NCBI GenBank assembly: GCA_963712745.1
Contig: CAVQJC010000005.1
Location: 288,001 to 352,000 of the forward strand
Direction of reading: 5' to 3'
DNA length: 64,000 bases
Source of the DNA: an uncultured Chloroflexia bacterium
GTDB taxonomy: Bacteria; Chloroflexota; Limnocylindria; Limnocylindrales; CSP1-4
This document shows, one piece after another, positions 31,801 through 41,399 of the stretch (positions are counted from its first letter, which is position 1; each line of letters opens with the position of its first letter). Below the pieces are notes generated by a model, which had not been told where the DNA came from, ran no database searches, and worked only from the letters and a program-made list of their open reading frames with translations. A program made the translations under genes and the position numbers.

Positions 31801-32544
31801 CTACAGGCTCGCCAGCCGCGCGGCTTGCCGCTCTCGCGTCCGACGCTTGGCGGCCGCCTCCAGCGGCGTGGAATCGATCAGCCCATCGCTGATCTTCAGC
31901 ACCATGGGCACGTCCTGGACGACCTCTCGATCGTGCGTGACGATGACCACCGTCTGACCCTGATCCATCAACTCGTAGAAGGTCTCGAAGACGACGGCGG
32001 CGCTCATGTGGTCCAGGTTGCCGGTGGGCTCGTCGCCGACGAGGAGCACGGGATCGTTGGCCAGGGCTCGGGCGATGGCGACGCGTTGCTGTTGCCCACC
32101 CGATAGCAGGTCCGGGGTCTTGTGCGCCTGGCTTGCCACGTCGAACCGCTCCAGCAGCGCCAGGGCCTTCTCACTTCGCTCCTGCCGGTCATGAACGCGC
32201 GCGAAGTCCATGGGCATCATCACGTTCTCCAGCACGGTCAGGGTGGGCAGCAGCTGGAAGAACTGGAAGACGATGCCGATGTTGCGTGCACGCCAGCGCG
32301 TCAGCTTGCGTTCACTGGTTGTCGAGACGTCAACGCCGTCGACCACCACCATGCCCGAGGTCGGCCTGTCGATGCCCGTGAGCATGTTCAGGAACGTGGA
32401 CTTGCCGCCGCCAGAGGGACCCACGAGGGCGATGAACTCCCCTCGCCCGATCTCCAGGTCGATGCCCTGCAGGACCCCGAGGGGGCCGGCCGGCGTCTGG
32501 TAGGTCTTCACGAGGTCGTTGATCTGGACCAGCGGCTCAGGCAC
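31801..32544 (-). CDS. ABC exporter ATP-binding protein (LolD/MacB-like), second paralog
   Basis: [25 protein letters not shown]; GTG start with GGAG RBS. Confidence 0.9.
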   Translation of the reverse strand: MPEPLVQINDLVKTYQTPAGPLGVLQGIDLEIGRGEFIALVGPSGGGKSTFLNMLTGIDRPTSGMVVVDGVDVSTTSERKLTRWRARNIGIVFQFFQLLPTLTVLENVMMPMDFARVHDRQERSEKALALLERFDVASQAHKTPDLLSGGQQQRVAIARALANDPVLLVGDEPTGNLDHMSAAVVFETFYELMDQGQTVVIVTHDREVVQDVPMVLKISDGLIDSTPLEAAAKRRTRERQAARLASL

Positions 32545-32856
32545 GATTCTTCTCCGCTGTGGACCGGCTCCACGAGATAGTGGGTCCGTAGTGGTCCTGC
32601 GAGAGCATCCGGGTGACCGTCCCGTGAAAGGCGACCCAGAGGCTAGTGCCGGATGGACCCCATGTGCGAGAGTCCTTCCGACCGCAGTGCTGCCAGCCGC
32701 CGGTGCGGGTAACTGATCAAGATGTCGGCCGAGAGGCCGATGGAAGCAACGGATGGAAGCAGCGCCGGCGGACACGTCCGGACACTCGCCACCGATTCCC
32801 CTGATTCGAGCGTGGATGACGTCATCGGCAGACGCCCACGGACACTTCGACGCAGA

Positions 32857-32901
32857 TTCGTAAACAGCAGGTCCTCGGTTCAAATCCGAGTGTCGGCTCC
32901 A
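32857..32901 (+). repeat. att copy 3, identical
   Basis: Matches 7896-7940; followed by CTCCCCAAGCGAGAAGCGGCCCGTTTCGGGCTGTC. Confidence 0.95.
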
Positions 32902-33140
32902 CTCCCCAAGCGAGAAGCGGCCCGTTTCGGGCTGTCCGTGGGCTCAAGCCGCGGGGCCTGAAACCAGCGATGGATCCCTGAGCCCTCGACTATGCGCGAG
33001 AACCTCGATGTCTTCGGATCCGAACTGGCGCCGCCCGATGTCGAGATCACCGAAGCACCAGATCGCGCGTGCGCAAGAACGGTACTGATGGACGTGCATG
33101 AACGGTATTAGACAGCGTGCGAAAGTGGTATCGTCGCGAC

Positions 33141-34373
33141 GTGACCGAGTATCGCCCACGACTCATCGACGACACGCTCGTGGAGATGCTGACAGAGCTT
33201 CCGGCGCTCTTCCTCACTGGACCGCGGGCATCGGGAAAGACCACCACGGCGGCACGGCACGCAGCGACGACCGTGCGCCTCGACCGCAGCGCGGAGGCTG
33301 TGGCGTTCCGAGCTGACCCGGATGCCGCACTCCGCGGTCTGGCTGAGCCCGTCCTGCTCGACGAGTGGCAGGTCGTCCCTGATGTCATCGGTGCCGTCAA
33401 GCGTGCCGTCGATGACGACCCGCGTCCGGGCCGCTTCATCGTGGCCGGCTCCGTTCGAGGCGACTTCCAGGGTGATCTCTGGCCCGGGACGGGCCGCCTG
33501 ACCCGCATCCCGCTCTTCGGCATGAGCGTCCGCGAGCAGCTTGGCCTGACGACCTCCGAACCCTTCCTCGACCGTGTCGCATCCGAGTCGGACCTCCACG
33601 GCGCCGCTGACAGTCCGGACCTTCGGGGCTACGTGGAGTTGCTGCTTCGGAGCGGCTTCCCCGAGCCAGCGCTCCGCCTCGGAGCAGAGGCCAGACGGCG
33701 CTGGCTCGAGAGCTACGTGGAGCACCTGCTTGCCCGTGACGCAGAGGAGGTCGATGGAGGCAGAGACCCAGCTCGACTGCGTCGATACCTCGAGGCGTAC
33801 GCACTCAACACGGCTGGGATCGTGCGCGATACCACCTTCCTCGAGGCCGCTGGGATCAACCGCAAGACCGGATCCGCATACGAGCGCTTGCTTGCCAACC
33901 TCCTCGTGGTCGAATCGATGCCGGCATGGACATCGAACCGGCTGAAGCGGCTAGCCCTGTCACCGAAGCGCTACGTCATCGATCCTGCCATCGCGGCCGC
34001 CGTGCTCGGCCTCGATGTCGACCTGGTGATGCGGAATGGCGATCTGCTCGGACGCCTGCTCGACACGTTCGTCCTCGCCCAGCTGCGAGCTGAGCTCGCT
34101 GTCACGGATGCTCGGCCGCGCCTGTATCACGTACGCCAACGAGAGGGACGGCTCGAGATCGATCTCCTTGCTGAGTTGGCCGGGGGTCGGCTTGTCGCCG
34201 TCGAAGTCAAGGCTGACGCCTCTCCAGGACCTGCTAGTGCGCGTCATCTCGCTGCGCTCCGGGATCGTCACCAGGAGAGGTTCGTGACAGGTGTCGTACT
34301 TCATACCGGTCCGCGAACATACATGCTCGGCGACCGACTGGTGGCTGCCCCGATCTCTACGCTGTGGGCATGA
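33141..34373 (+). CDS. AAA_14 ATPase with DUF4143 / C-terminal PD-(D/E)xK-like domain
   Basis: GPRASGKTT, LLDEWQ, FIVAGS, SGFPE, SPKRYVIDP, EIDLL...VAVEVK. Confidence 0.87.
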   Translation: MTEYRPRLIDDTLVEMLTELPALFLTGPRASGKTTTAARHAATTVRLDRSAEAVAFRADPDAALRGLAEPVLLDEWQVVPDVIGAVKRAVDDDPRPGRFIVAGSVRGDFQGDLWPGTGRLTRIPLFGMSVREQLGLTTSEPFLDRVASESDLHGAADSPDLRGYVELLLRSGFPEPALRLGAEARRRWLESYVEHLLARDAEEVDGGRDPARLRRYLEAYALNTAGIVRDTTFLEAAGINRKTGSAYERLLANLLVVESMPAWTSNRLKRLALSPKRYVIDPAIAAAVLGLDVDLVMRNGDLLGRLLDTFVLAQLRAELAVTDARPRLYHVRQREGRLEIDLLAELAGGRLVAVEVKADASPGPASARHLAALRDRHQERFVTGVVLHTGPRTYMLGDRLVAAPISTLWA

Positions 34374-34395
34374 GCGCGGCGGCACATCCTCGCGA

Positions 34396-34440
34396 TTCGT
34401 AAACAGCAGGTCCTCGGTTCGAATCCGAGTGTCGGCTCCA
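34396..34440 (+). repeat. att copy 4 (T loop TTCGAAT)
   Basis: 44/45 match; TGACCCCT at 34499 and 34511. Confidence 0.95.
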
Positions 34441-34527
34441 CTTCCACAAGCGTGAATTCGCCCGTTTCGGGCTGGTCCTTGGTGGAAGCGGCAGGGCCTG
34501 ACCCCTGCGTTGACCCCTGCGTAACCC

Positions 34528-34590
34528 GTCAATCTGGCATTGACTTTGACGGTTTAGAACCGATACTGCCATCCAAGGCGTCAGAGTCAA
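34528..34590 (+). promoter_or_regulatory. fic promoter region with inverted repeats
   Basis: TTGACTTTGACG (34540-34551) / CGTCAGAGTCAA (34579-34590), 11 of 12 complementary; GTCAAT-N5-ATTGAC at 34528-34544. Confidence 0.55.
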
Positions 34591-34609
34591 CGGGAGATCG
34601 ACAGGCTTC

Positions 34610-35821
34610 ATGACATGGCTTGAACGGCGCTGGGAAGGCGATCCCAGCGCGGTGGGCGGACGGAGGGCACGCCAGTCGTTCACGTACCGCGCGTTCCTGC
34701 CCGACCCGATCGCCGCGATCCGACCGGTCGTCAGCTTCGAGACGGCCGATCTCATCACCCGGGCCGAAGCCGCCATCCGCGACCTCAACGCCGAGGATCG
34801 GGTCCAGGGGCTCGAGGCCATCGGTGCGCTGCTCCTCCGCTCCGAAGCCATCGCCTCCAGCCGGATCGAAGGTATCGAGCTGAGCCAACGGAACCTGGCT
34901 CGAGCCCTCATCGACCCGCGTGCGAGCAAGGGCAGCGCGCGCGCTGTGGCCGCGAACGTGCTGGCCATGGAGGAGGCCATCGAAGATGCCTCGGTCGGCG
35001 CCGATCTGACCGTGGCGAGCATCGAGGCGATCCACCGCACCCTCATGGCCGATGAGCCCGAGCGAGTCATGGGGGGCCGGTTCCGCGCCGAGCAGAACTG
35101 GATCGGTGGTCGTCGCAGCAACCCGTCGGATGCCCGCTACATCCCGCCGCCCGAGGACCAGGTGCCCGCGCTCATGGGCGATCTGGTCGACTTCATCAAC
35201 CGTGATGACCTGCCGGCCGTGGCGCAGGCGGCCATCGCCCACGCGCAGTTCGAGACGATCCACCCGTTCGTCGATGGCAATGGCCGGGTGGGACGCTGCC
35301 TGATCCATGTCGTCCTGCGGCGCAGGGACGTCGCGCGGTCGTTCGTTCCGCCCGTGTCGATCGTGCTCGCTGCCAGGCCGGAGGAGTATGTCTCCGGCCT
35401 GGTCGACTTCCGCGAGGGCAGGCTCGAGTCGTGGTGCGCTGCCTTCGCCGAAGCGTCTCGATTCGCGGCGGAGTCATCGGCCGGCCTGGCCGCGCAAGTG
35501 GCCGCGCTCCAGTCAGAGTGGCGCGAGCGCGCCGGGCGGCCACGGCGAGACTCGGCTGCGGCCCGCATCATCGGCGTCCTGCCGGCGCAGCCGGTCGCCT
35601 CCGCCGCCACCATCCGCGGTGCCATCGGGGCACGCCATCAGCGAGCACTCGAGGGGCTCAAGGTGCTCGCCGACGCGGGGGTGCTGGGGCAGATCAGCGC
35701 CGGGACCTACGACCGCCAGTACGCGGCGGATGAGCTGTTCGAGCTGATCGAGGTCTACGAAGCCGAGGTGGCTGATCGCACCCGACGTGCCGAGAGCCCG
35801 GCAGATACCTCTAGTTCATAG
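34610..35821 (+). CDS. Fic family protein
   Basis: SSRIEG inhibitory motif, HPFVDGNGRVGR catalytic motif, C-terminal HTH-like region. Confidence 0.93.
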   Translation: MTWLERRWEGDPSAVGGRRARQSFTYRAFLPDPIAAIRPVVSFETADLITRAEAAIRDLNAEDRVQGLEAIGALLLRSEAIASSRIEGIELSQRNLARALIDPRASKGSARAVAANVLAMEEAIEDASVGADLTVASIEAIHRTLMADEPERVMGGRFRAEQNWIGGRRSNPSDARYIPPPEDQVPALMGDLVDFINRDDLPAVAQAAIAHAQFETIHPFVDGNGRVGRCLIHVVLRRRDVARSFVPPVSIVLAARPEEYVSGLVDFREGRLESWCAAFAEASRFAAESSAGLAAQVAALQSEWRERAGRPRRDSAAARIIGVLPAQPVASAATIRGAIGARHQRALEGLKVLADAGVLGQISAGTYDRQYAADELFELIEVYEAEVADRTRRAESPADTSSS

Positions 35822-35856
35822 ACCGCAGGTCCTCGTCCACGTCCGAGTGTCGGCTC
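35815..35856 (+). repeat. att copy 5, degenerate
   Basis: TTCATAGACCGCAGGTCCTCGTCCACGTCCGAGTGTCGGCTC then GCCCCACGCGTGA. Confidence 0.8.
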
Positions 35857-36156
35857 GCCCCACGCGTGATGCTGCCGGCGTTGGGCTGCTCGCGGTCAGC
35901 TCGACCGAACGCGGCACCGTGGCTAAACCCTGGGGTTGGTGGCGGATCGACCCGTAGCTGCGAGTCCGCCACATCGAGATGACCGTCTTGGCCTCGCCAT
36001 CGGGTAGTCATGTGCCTTCCAGCAGGTGGCCGTCCGGGTGAGGCTCAGCAGCAGCGAACGGAGAAAAGCGAACCCTTTCGCTCGCTGAACCGTCGAGTGG
36101 GCATGCAGGATCGTCATCGCACCTTGACTGCCCCGCAGACGATGTGGGCAAGGAGG

Positions 36157-36705
36157 GTGGCTCAGGAACGTGAAGCCTTGACTCACAAGCCCGATGCCGA
36201 CGAGCGGGCACGCGTGTTCCGCGAGCTGGCGGAAGACTCACTTCGGGATGCGTACCGGCTCGCTGGGGCGATCCTCCGCGACCCGGTAGAAGCCGAGGAC
36301 GCCACCCATGACGCCTTCGTCACTGGTTGGCAGAAGTGGTCGACGCTGCGGGACGTCACCAAGTTCGAGGCCTGGTTCAGGCGCATCGTCGTGAACGTCT
36401 GCCGGGAACGGCTTCGGAGTAGGAGACGTCGTCCCTCCGCTGGGCTCGACGAGTCTGCGAGCGTCTCGGCTCCGATGCCTGACCTCGATGTCCACGACCA
36501 TCTCCTGCTGGAGCAAGGCATGACTCGGCTCGACGTGGACGACCGCCTCATCCTGGGCCTGCGCTACTACCGCGACCTGACGGTGGAGGACGTGGCGCGT
36601 GCCCTGGACGTGCCCACCGGGACCGTCAAGTCTCGCCTGTCGCGTGCACGAGATCGCTTGCGGGCCGAGCTAGAGGCGTCCGCGCGAAACGGGGGTGCCA
36701 GATGA
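36157..36705 (+). CDS. ECF RNA polymerase sigma factor; start uncertain
   Basis: AEDATHDAF, FEAWFRRIVVN, LRYYRDL..EDVARAL..PTGTVKSRLSRAR. Confidence 0.9.
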   Translation: MAQEREALTHKPDADERARVFRELAEDSLRDAYRLAGAILRDPVEAEDATHDAFVTGWQKWSTLRDVTKFEAWFRRIVVNVCRERLRSRRRRPSAGLDESASVSAPMPDLDVHDHLLLEQGMTRLDVDDRLILGLRYYRDLTVEDVARALDVPTGTVKSRLSRARDRLRAELEASARNGGAR

Positions 36706-38495
36706 TCAACGACAACCAGCTCGACGCTGCGCTCCAATCATTCCATCGCGATCCCGTGACACACGGCGATCTGGAGGGCGTGGTCCATCGCATTCTCGCG
36801 ACCCCCATCGAGGAGACGCCTCGGACGCGAGACCTCCTGCTGCAGTCCGCCACGTGGAGGCTCCAGTCCAAGTTCAGTGCGACCAAGTTCGTCGTCGCCG
36901 GTGCCATCGTGGCGCTGTTCGGAGGATTCCTGCTGGCAGGGATGCTGACCCAGCAGCCGAATGATGACCGACTTCCAGCCGTCGGCGCGTCAGCATCAGC
37001 GACGGCCGAGTCCTCGTCGATGGAGTCGCCGATCGACGAGCGATCCACCCTCCAGCCCGACTACGGGCCGTTCCTGCCCGCCGTCCTGCCCGAGGGCACC
37101 GACTGGGGCGGGTCCGGGAGCGGCGTCCCGAACGGCCAGTCGCGCTGGGTTCACATCGCGGGCAATCCCGAGACTCTCCCCTTCATGGAGCAGGTCCTGC
37201 CGGGCCCGGACGGTCCGCTCCTCTTCGACACAGGCGGTGGAGCCCACCCGTGCTCGACGGTCCCCGAGCGCATCCGCGCCTCGGACCCTGCCGGAGGCTA
37301 CTGCCGAAACAGCCCTGACCTGTGGCGCTCGGCCGACGCGCTCACTTGGGAGCCCCTGACGCTCCCGGTGAAGGCGCAACTGGCCTCACTGACGCTGCTC
37401 GACGCTACGTACTGGTTGGCGACCAACGATCCGACCGAGTTGTGGCGATCGAACGATGCCGAGCAGTGGGAGCCGGTCGACCTCTCTGCACTTGGGCCCA
37501 CGGGTCCAGCGTCGCTCGAGTGGGAGGTGGAGCTGGGCATGCCCGTGACCTCGAACGGGCGGACCGTGGTACCGGTCGTCTACCGGGCCGTGGACGCTGG
37601 CCGACTCCTTGGCCTTCAGGAGGCCGACCTGCAGGGCAAGCGTGGAGGAGGCGGCCTCCAGTGGACCTGGCCCGAGCCGACCGAGACTGCAGGCCGCTAC
37701 GACGTCATGGCGGAGTATCAGGCCGGGGTCGAAGACGAGGGTGAGGTGCTGATCAGGGAGGACCCTTCAGGGCTGGTCTTCACACGGCTCGATGGTTCGT
37801 TCGTCGCAAGGCTCGACGGGGTCGACCTCGGCTTCGTGGAGACATGGTCCGCCAACCACCAGATCGCCGAACCCGGTATGGCCGTGGTAGACGAAGCGGC
37901 GGTCGTACCGGCGTCCGTGGCAGGGGTCATCCCCCCAGCGGGGCCGTGGAGGGCCGGGCCTCCCGCCGTTCTCGCCACTCTCGATGGATTCCGTGCTCAT
38001 CTGCTGGACGATCGCGACGGGACGATCGCGACGTGGCACTCGGGCGACGGCACGATGTGGACCCCAAGGGACGCCGTCAGCTTCGACGGGCCGGTCGAGT
38101 TCCTGGGAGGCGATGGCGGCGTGCAGGGACCGCGACTCTTCGCCGGTGGGGAAGGGTTCGACACGCTGTGGTTCACGGAGGACGGCATCACTTGGGAGCC
38201 CCGAGCCATACCTGGCATACACCTCCCGTGGGGCCCAGCCGACATCCTGTTCCGGAACGACCGCAACACGCTCGAGATCTCCGTCGCGGACACGACCGGC
38301 CAGATGGGAGAACCGGGTGAGTGGTACCCGCTGGTAATCCCTGGGCTGACGTGGGCTCCCGAGGCCGAAGAACCGGCCGGTTCTCGGGTCGCCACCCTCG
38401 GTGACACGATCTTCGTGTGGATCGGCTACCGCGATGGGCTCATCGACCGCCACCTGTGGGTCATCGAACGCTGGGAGCCGACCGATGACGACTAG
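36702..38495 (+). CDS. Putative anti-sigma factor: single TM helix plus large extracytoplasmic domain
   Basis: ATGA overlap with sigma gene, TM FVVAGAIVALFGGFLLAGML, repeated W.S.DG..W (Asp-box-like) motifs. Confidence 0.7.
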   Translation: MINDNQLDAALQSFHRDPVTHGDLEGVVHRILATPIEETPRTRDLLLQSATWRLQSKFSATKFVVAGAIVALFGGFLLAGMLTQQPNDDRLPAVGASASATAESSSMESPIDERSTLQPDYGPFLPAVLPEGTDWGGSGSGVPNGQSRWVHIAGNPETLPFMEQVLPGPDGPLLFDTGGGAHPCSTVPERIRASDPAGGYCRNSPDLWRSADALTWEPLTLPVKAQLASLTLLDATYWLATNDPTELWRSNDAEQWEPVDLSALGPTGPASLEWEVELGMPVTSNGRTVVPVVYRAVDAGRLLGLQEADLQGKRGGGGLQWTWPEPTETAGRYDVMAEYQAGVEDEGEVLIREDPSGLVFTRLDGSFVARLDGVDLGFVETWSANHQIAEPGMAVVDEAAVVPASVAGVIPPAGPWRAGPPAVLATLDGFRAHLLDDRDGTIATWHSGDGTMWTPRDAVSFDGPVEFLGGDGGVQGPRLFAGGEGFDTLWFTEDGITWEPRAIPGIHLPWGPADILFRNDRNTLEISVADTTGQMGEPGEWYPLVIPGLTWAPEAEEPAGSRVATLGDTIFVWIGYRDGLIDRHLWVIERWEPTDDD

Positions 38496-38585
38496 TCGGA
38501 CCAGCGGGTCCACCAGGACCAGCCGGCAATGGGCGCCAAGGCCAGGATCGAACGCGTCCACCAGTGGGGGGAGAGGGAGGTCCCC

Positions 38586-39164
38586 GTGAGGGGTACGAAG
38601 CCCAGTCTCGACGTCATCCTCGTCATCGGCTTGGTGGCAGGTTCAGCCGTGGGGGTCACGGCACAGGATGAAGCGGATGATGCGGTGGCCACAGAGGCGG
38701 AGGCGATGCTTCCGGCGATGGTGACCGGCACCATCAACCACCACTACGAAGCCGGCGAACAGACGGGTCGTGTCGAGACCAACGACCATCGTCTGAACGG
38801 TGACGTAACGTCCGACGGGACCTTCGAGAACTTCCCGGACGTCATGCTCCCCGAGGAGCCGGACCTCGATGCCGACATGGCCAGCCACTACGAGGCAGGT
38901 GGTGCCGAGCTTGCCTGGGGGTCCCTGCGGATCGCGAACGAGGATGGTTCGTGGGATGGCCACCTGGTCTGCACTCCGACACTGCACACGAACGGGTTCG
39001 AGGACCCGTGCTTCATCGAGCTCTCCGGGGCGGGTGCCTACGACGGACTCTCGGCTCTCCTGGTCCAGCGGGACAGGCTCTCAGCCCTCGGCTACGAGCC
39101 CCGCGATGAAACGTACGTGCTGGACGGGCTCGTCTTCCTGGGGGACCTGCCGCCCGATAGGTAG
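38586..39164 (+). CDS. Exported hypothetical protein
   Basis: GGGAGG RBS, signal peptide ending VTA-QDE, GAGAYDGLSA. Confidence 0.75.
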   Translation: MRGTKPSLDVILVIGLVAGSAVGVTAQDEADDAVATEAEAMLPAMVTGTINHHYEAGEQTGRVETNDHRLNGDVTSDGTFENFPDVMLPEEPDLDADMASHYEAGGAELAWGSLRIANEDGSWDGHLVCTPTLHTNGFEDPCFIELSGAGAYDGLSALLVQRDRLSALGYEPRDETYVLDGLVFLGDLPPDR

Positions 39165-39180
39165 GCCACCGGCGTCACTC

Positions 39181-39210
39181 CGGTCCCCCGGCCCTTGGGC
39201 CGGGGGACCG
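39181..39210 (+). terminator. GC-rich hairpin, probable terminator
   Basis: CGGTCCCCCGGCCC-TT-GGGCCGGGGGACCG perfect inverted repeat 16 bp after the stop; no U tract. Confidence 0.55.
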
Positions 39211-39298
39211 CCTGATGGACGATCGGGGACGGGCCGCTGCGTCATCACCTCCGAGGCCGTAGCGGCCACAGTGAAGCTGGGTCGGGGCCCCGATCGTG

Positions 39299-39410
39299 TG
39301 ACCGCCACGTTGACCGCCACGGCGGTGGTCTGTGGCAATCAACGGTGGACGTCAGTGGACGGTCGGCTTGTCGTTCATGCTCGTGATGGACGGTCATGGA
39401 CGTCCATGGA
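39299..39410 (+). repeat. Direct repeats upstream of att copy 6
   Basis: TGACCGCCACG twice (39299, 39311); RTGGAC five times in 10-bp-period groups (39345, 39355; 39386, 39396, 39406). Confidence 0.7.
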
Positions 39411-39425
39411 CCCTGCTCCTCGCGT

Positions 39426-39470
39426 TTCGTAGACAGCAGGTCCTCGGTTCAAATCCGAGTGTCGGCTCCA
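39426..39470 (+). repeat. att copy 6 (loop TTCGTAG)
   Basis: 44/45 match; TGACCCCT at 39528 and 39540. Confidence 0.95.
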
Positions 39471-39872
39471 CTCCCCACGCGTGAAACGGGCCGTTTCGGG
39501 CTGTCTGCCCGCCGAGACCGAGGCTCCTGACCCCTGCGCTGACCCCTACGGGCGCTGCCTGCTCGCGCCTGCGCCACCCGGCGAGGAGATGCTCCTGGAC
39601 TGGCGTCGCCGACGCTCGCCGAGTGCGTCGAGGACGATGGCAGGTGTCGCTCACGACCCGACGGCTCGTGAGCGACTTGGGTTGACGATTTCTTGGACGA
39701 CTGCTGCTCAACGGGTTCTCGCACATACTGATTTCGGGATAATCGGCGACGTCGGCCACCGCGAGCGAAGCACCATCGATTTGAAGGGCTCGCCAGTCGC
39801 GTCGGACCCGGCAGCGGCCAACCAACCCATGATCTAGCGACCTCCAACGCTCGGTTCCGCGGTGCCCGCCCA

Positions 39873-40436
39873 TCACGAAGGCGGGCTCTCGGCCAAGTCG
39901 GGCGAAGGTTCCGGATAGATGAGTTCGGGCGCATCGCGCTGGGATGGCGCCTGGACGATCTCGACGAGGCAGCCGATGTCGTCGCCGTGCTCGTAGTAGG
40001 CGAACTTGCCGTCACGCGAACGACCGAAGCCATCGCCCGTCTGTACCGCGACCCACCCGTCGTCAGCCATGCCGGCGGCGGCTTCGTCGAAGTCGGGGAC
40101 GTAGAAGTTGAAGTGATGGAGGGCGGCGCCCACATGGTCTAGGTACTCATGCCAGATGCTCGGGCCTTCCAGCGGCTGGATGATCTCCATGGTCAACGAG
40201 CCCGACATCGCCAAGCCATAGCGGATCTTGAACTGTGACGGCCGGCCCCGGTAGGTCACGCCCCGAAGGTGAGGGCCGCCGACCGTGTAGACACTCCATG
40301 GCCCGATACCCAACAGCTCCCAGTAGCCGCGGATCGATGCGTCCACGTCGGGTACGACCAGGGCGAGCTGGCCCACCGGAACCCCGAACCGCGAGCCGCC
40401 TGGAAGCGGCGCGTGCAACCACTCGGTTCTCGACAC
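39873..40436 (-). CDS. VOC family protein (methylmalonyl-CoA epimerase-like)
   Basis: QLALVVPD, LLGIGPW, EIIQPLEGPSIWHEYL, LHHF, LVEIV. Confidence 0.85.
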   Translation of the reverse strand: MSRTEWLHAPLPGGSRFGVPVGQLALVVPDVDASIRGYWELLGIGPWSVYTVGGPHLRGVTYRGRPSQFKIRYGLAMSGSLTMEIIQPLEGPSIWHEYLDHVGAALHHFNFYVPDFDEAAAGMADDGWVAVQTGDGFGRSRDGKFAYYEHGDDIGCLVEIVQAPSQRDAPELIYPEPSPDLAESPPS

Positions 40437-40439
40437 TCC

Positions 40440-40492
40440 TTGACACCCCTTTCCACCTGCGACACTATCTGCCGTACTGTAACGTTGTTACG
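40440..40492 (+). promoter_or_regulatory. Sigma70-type promoter plus operator 1
   Basis: TTGACA-17-CACTAT followed by TGTAACGTTGTTACG at 40478-40492. Confidence 0.7.
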
Positions 40493-40526
40493 GTGCACGA
40501 TCCATCTCCATGAGTCGAGGTCACCA

Positions 40527-41282
40527 ATGCTCCAAGAGTTGTTCGGTCTCGACGGACGAGTCGCGGTAATCACCGGAGGTTCAGGAGCCATCGGCCAGGG
40601 CGCTGCCCGGGTCTTCCTCGAGTTGGGAGCGACGGTCATCCTCGCAGGCAGGACCGAAGAGCATCTGACGGCTGCAAGAGCGGCGCTCCCGGCCGGAGAT
40701 CGCGTGATCACGCTGCTGGGCGATGCCCGCGACCCAGCCCATGTCGAGGAGCTGACTGACCTCGCGCGCTCGAACGGCGGCGTGGACATCCTCGTCAATA
40801 GCGTGGGCACGAATCGGCGCAAGCCCATCCTCGAGGCGACGCCAGAGGACCTGGAGTTCCTGTGGCAGGTGAACATGGCTAGCGTCTTCGCCGTCACGCA
40901 GGCTCTCGTCCCACAGATGGTCGAGAAGGCGTACGGCAAGATCATCAACATGTGCTCGATCGGATCGCTTGTGGGCCTCGAGTACAAGACCATGTACGCG
41001 ATCACCAAGGGTGCTCTGGCGCAGCACACGCGGAGTGCCGGGCTTGAGCTCGCGCAGTACGGCATCCGGGTGAATGCGCTGGCGCCCGGGTATGTCGATA
41101 CCCCGATGACACATGCCTGGATCCACTCCGAGCGCGAAGCCGAGTACCTGGCCAAGATCCCACTCGGGCAGTTCGCCCAGGTGTCCGATCTCCTGGGCGC
41201 CTTCGCCTTCCTGGCCTCGCGAGCCTCCGACCACATCACCGGTCAGATCCTGGTGATTGACGGCGGCGAAACCATCTGGTGA
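40527..41282 (+). CDS. SDR oxidoreductase (gluconate 5-dehydrogenase/KduD-like)
   Basis: TGGSGAIG, YAITKG, VNALAPGYVDT, IDGG. Confidence 0.88.
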   Translation: MLQELFGLDGRVAVITGGSGAIGQGAARVFLELGATVILAGRTEEHLTAARAALPAGDRVITLLGDARDPAHVEELTDLARSNGGVDILVNSVGTNRRKPILEATPEDLEFLWQVNMASVFAVTQALVPQMVEKAYGKIINMCSIGSLVGLEYKTMYAITKGALAQHTRSAGLELAQYGIRVNALAPGYVDTPMTHAWIHSEREAEYLAKIPLGQFAQVSDLLGAFAFLASRASDHITGQILVIDGGETIW

Positions 41283-41399
41283 AGGGCGTGGCTGCACCCC
41301 GTCATGGCCTCGTTCGTCACACACTGCTGCACATCGGATGGTGGGTGAGCAAGATCCGATGACCGCCCACATCCCGGATGACCGCCTTGGGGGGACGCG

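Noticed and set aside
39646-39676. 11-bp perfect hairpin GTCGCTCACGA/TCGTGAGCGAC as an ncRNA or mobile end
   Set aside because: Single occurrence about 200 bp past the VOC stop; at most a terminator, with no further support
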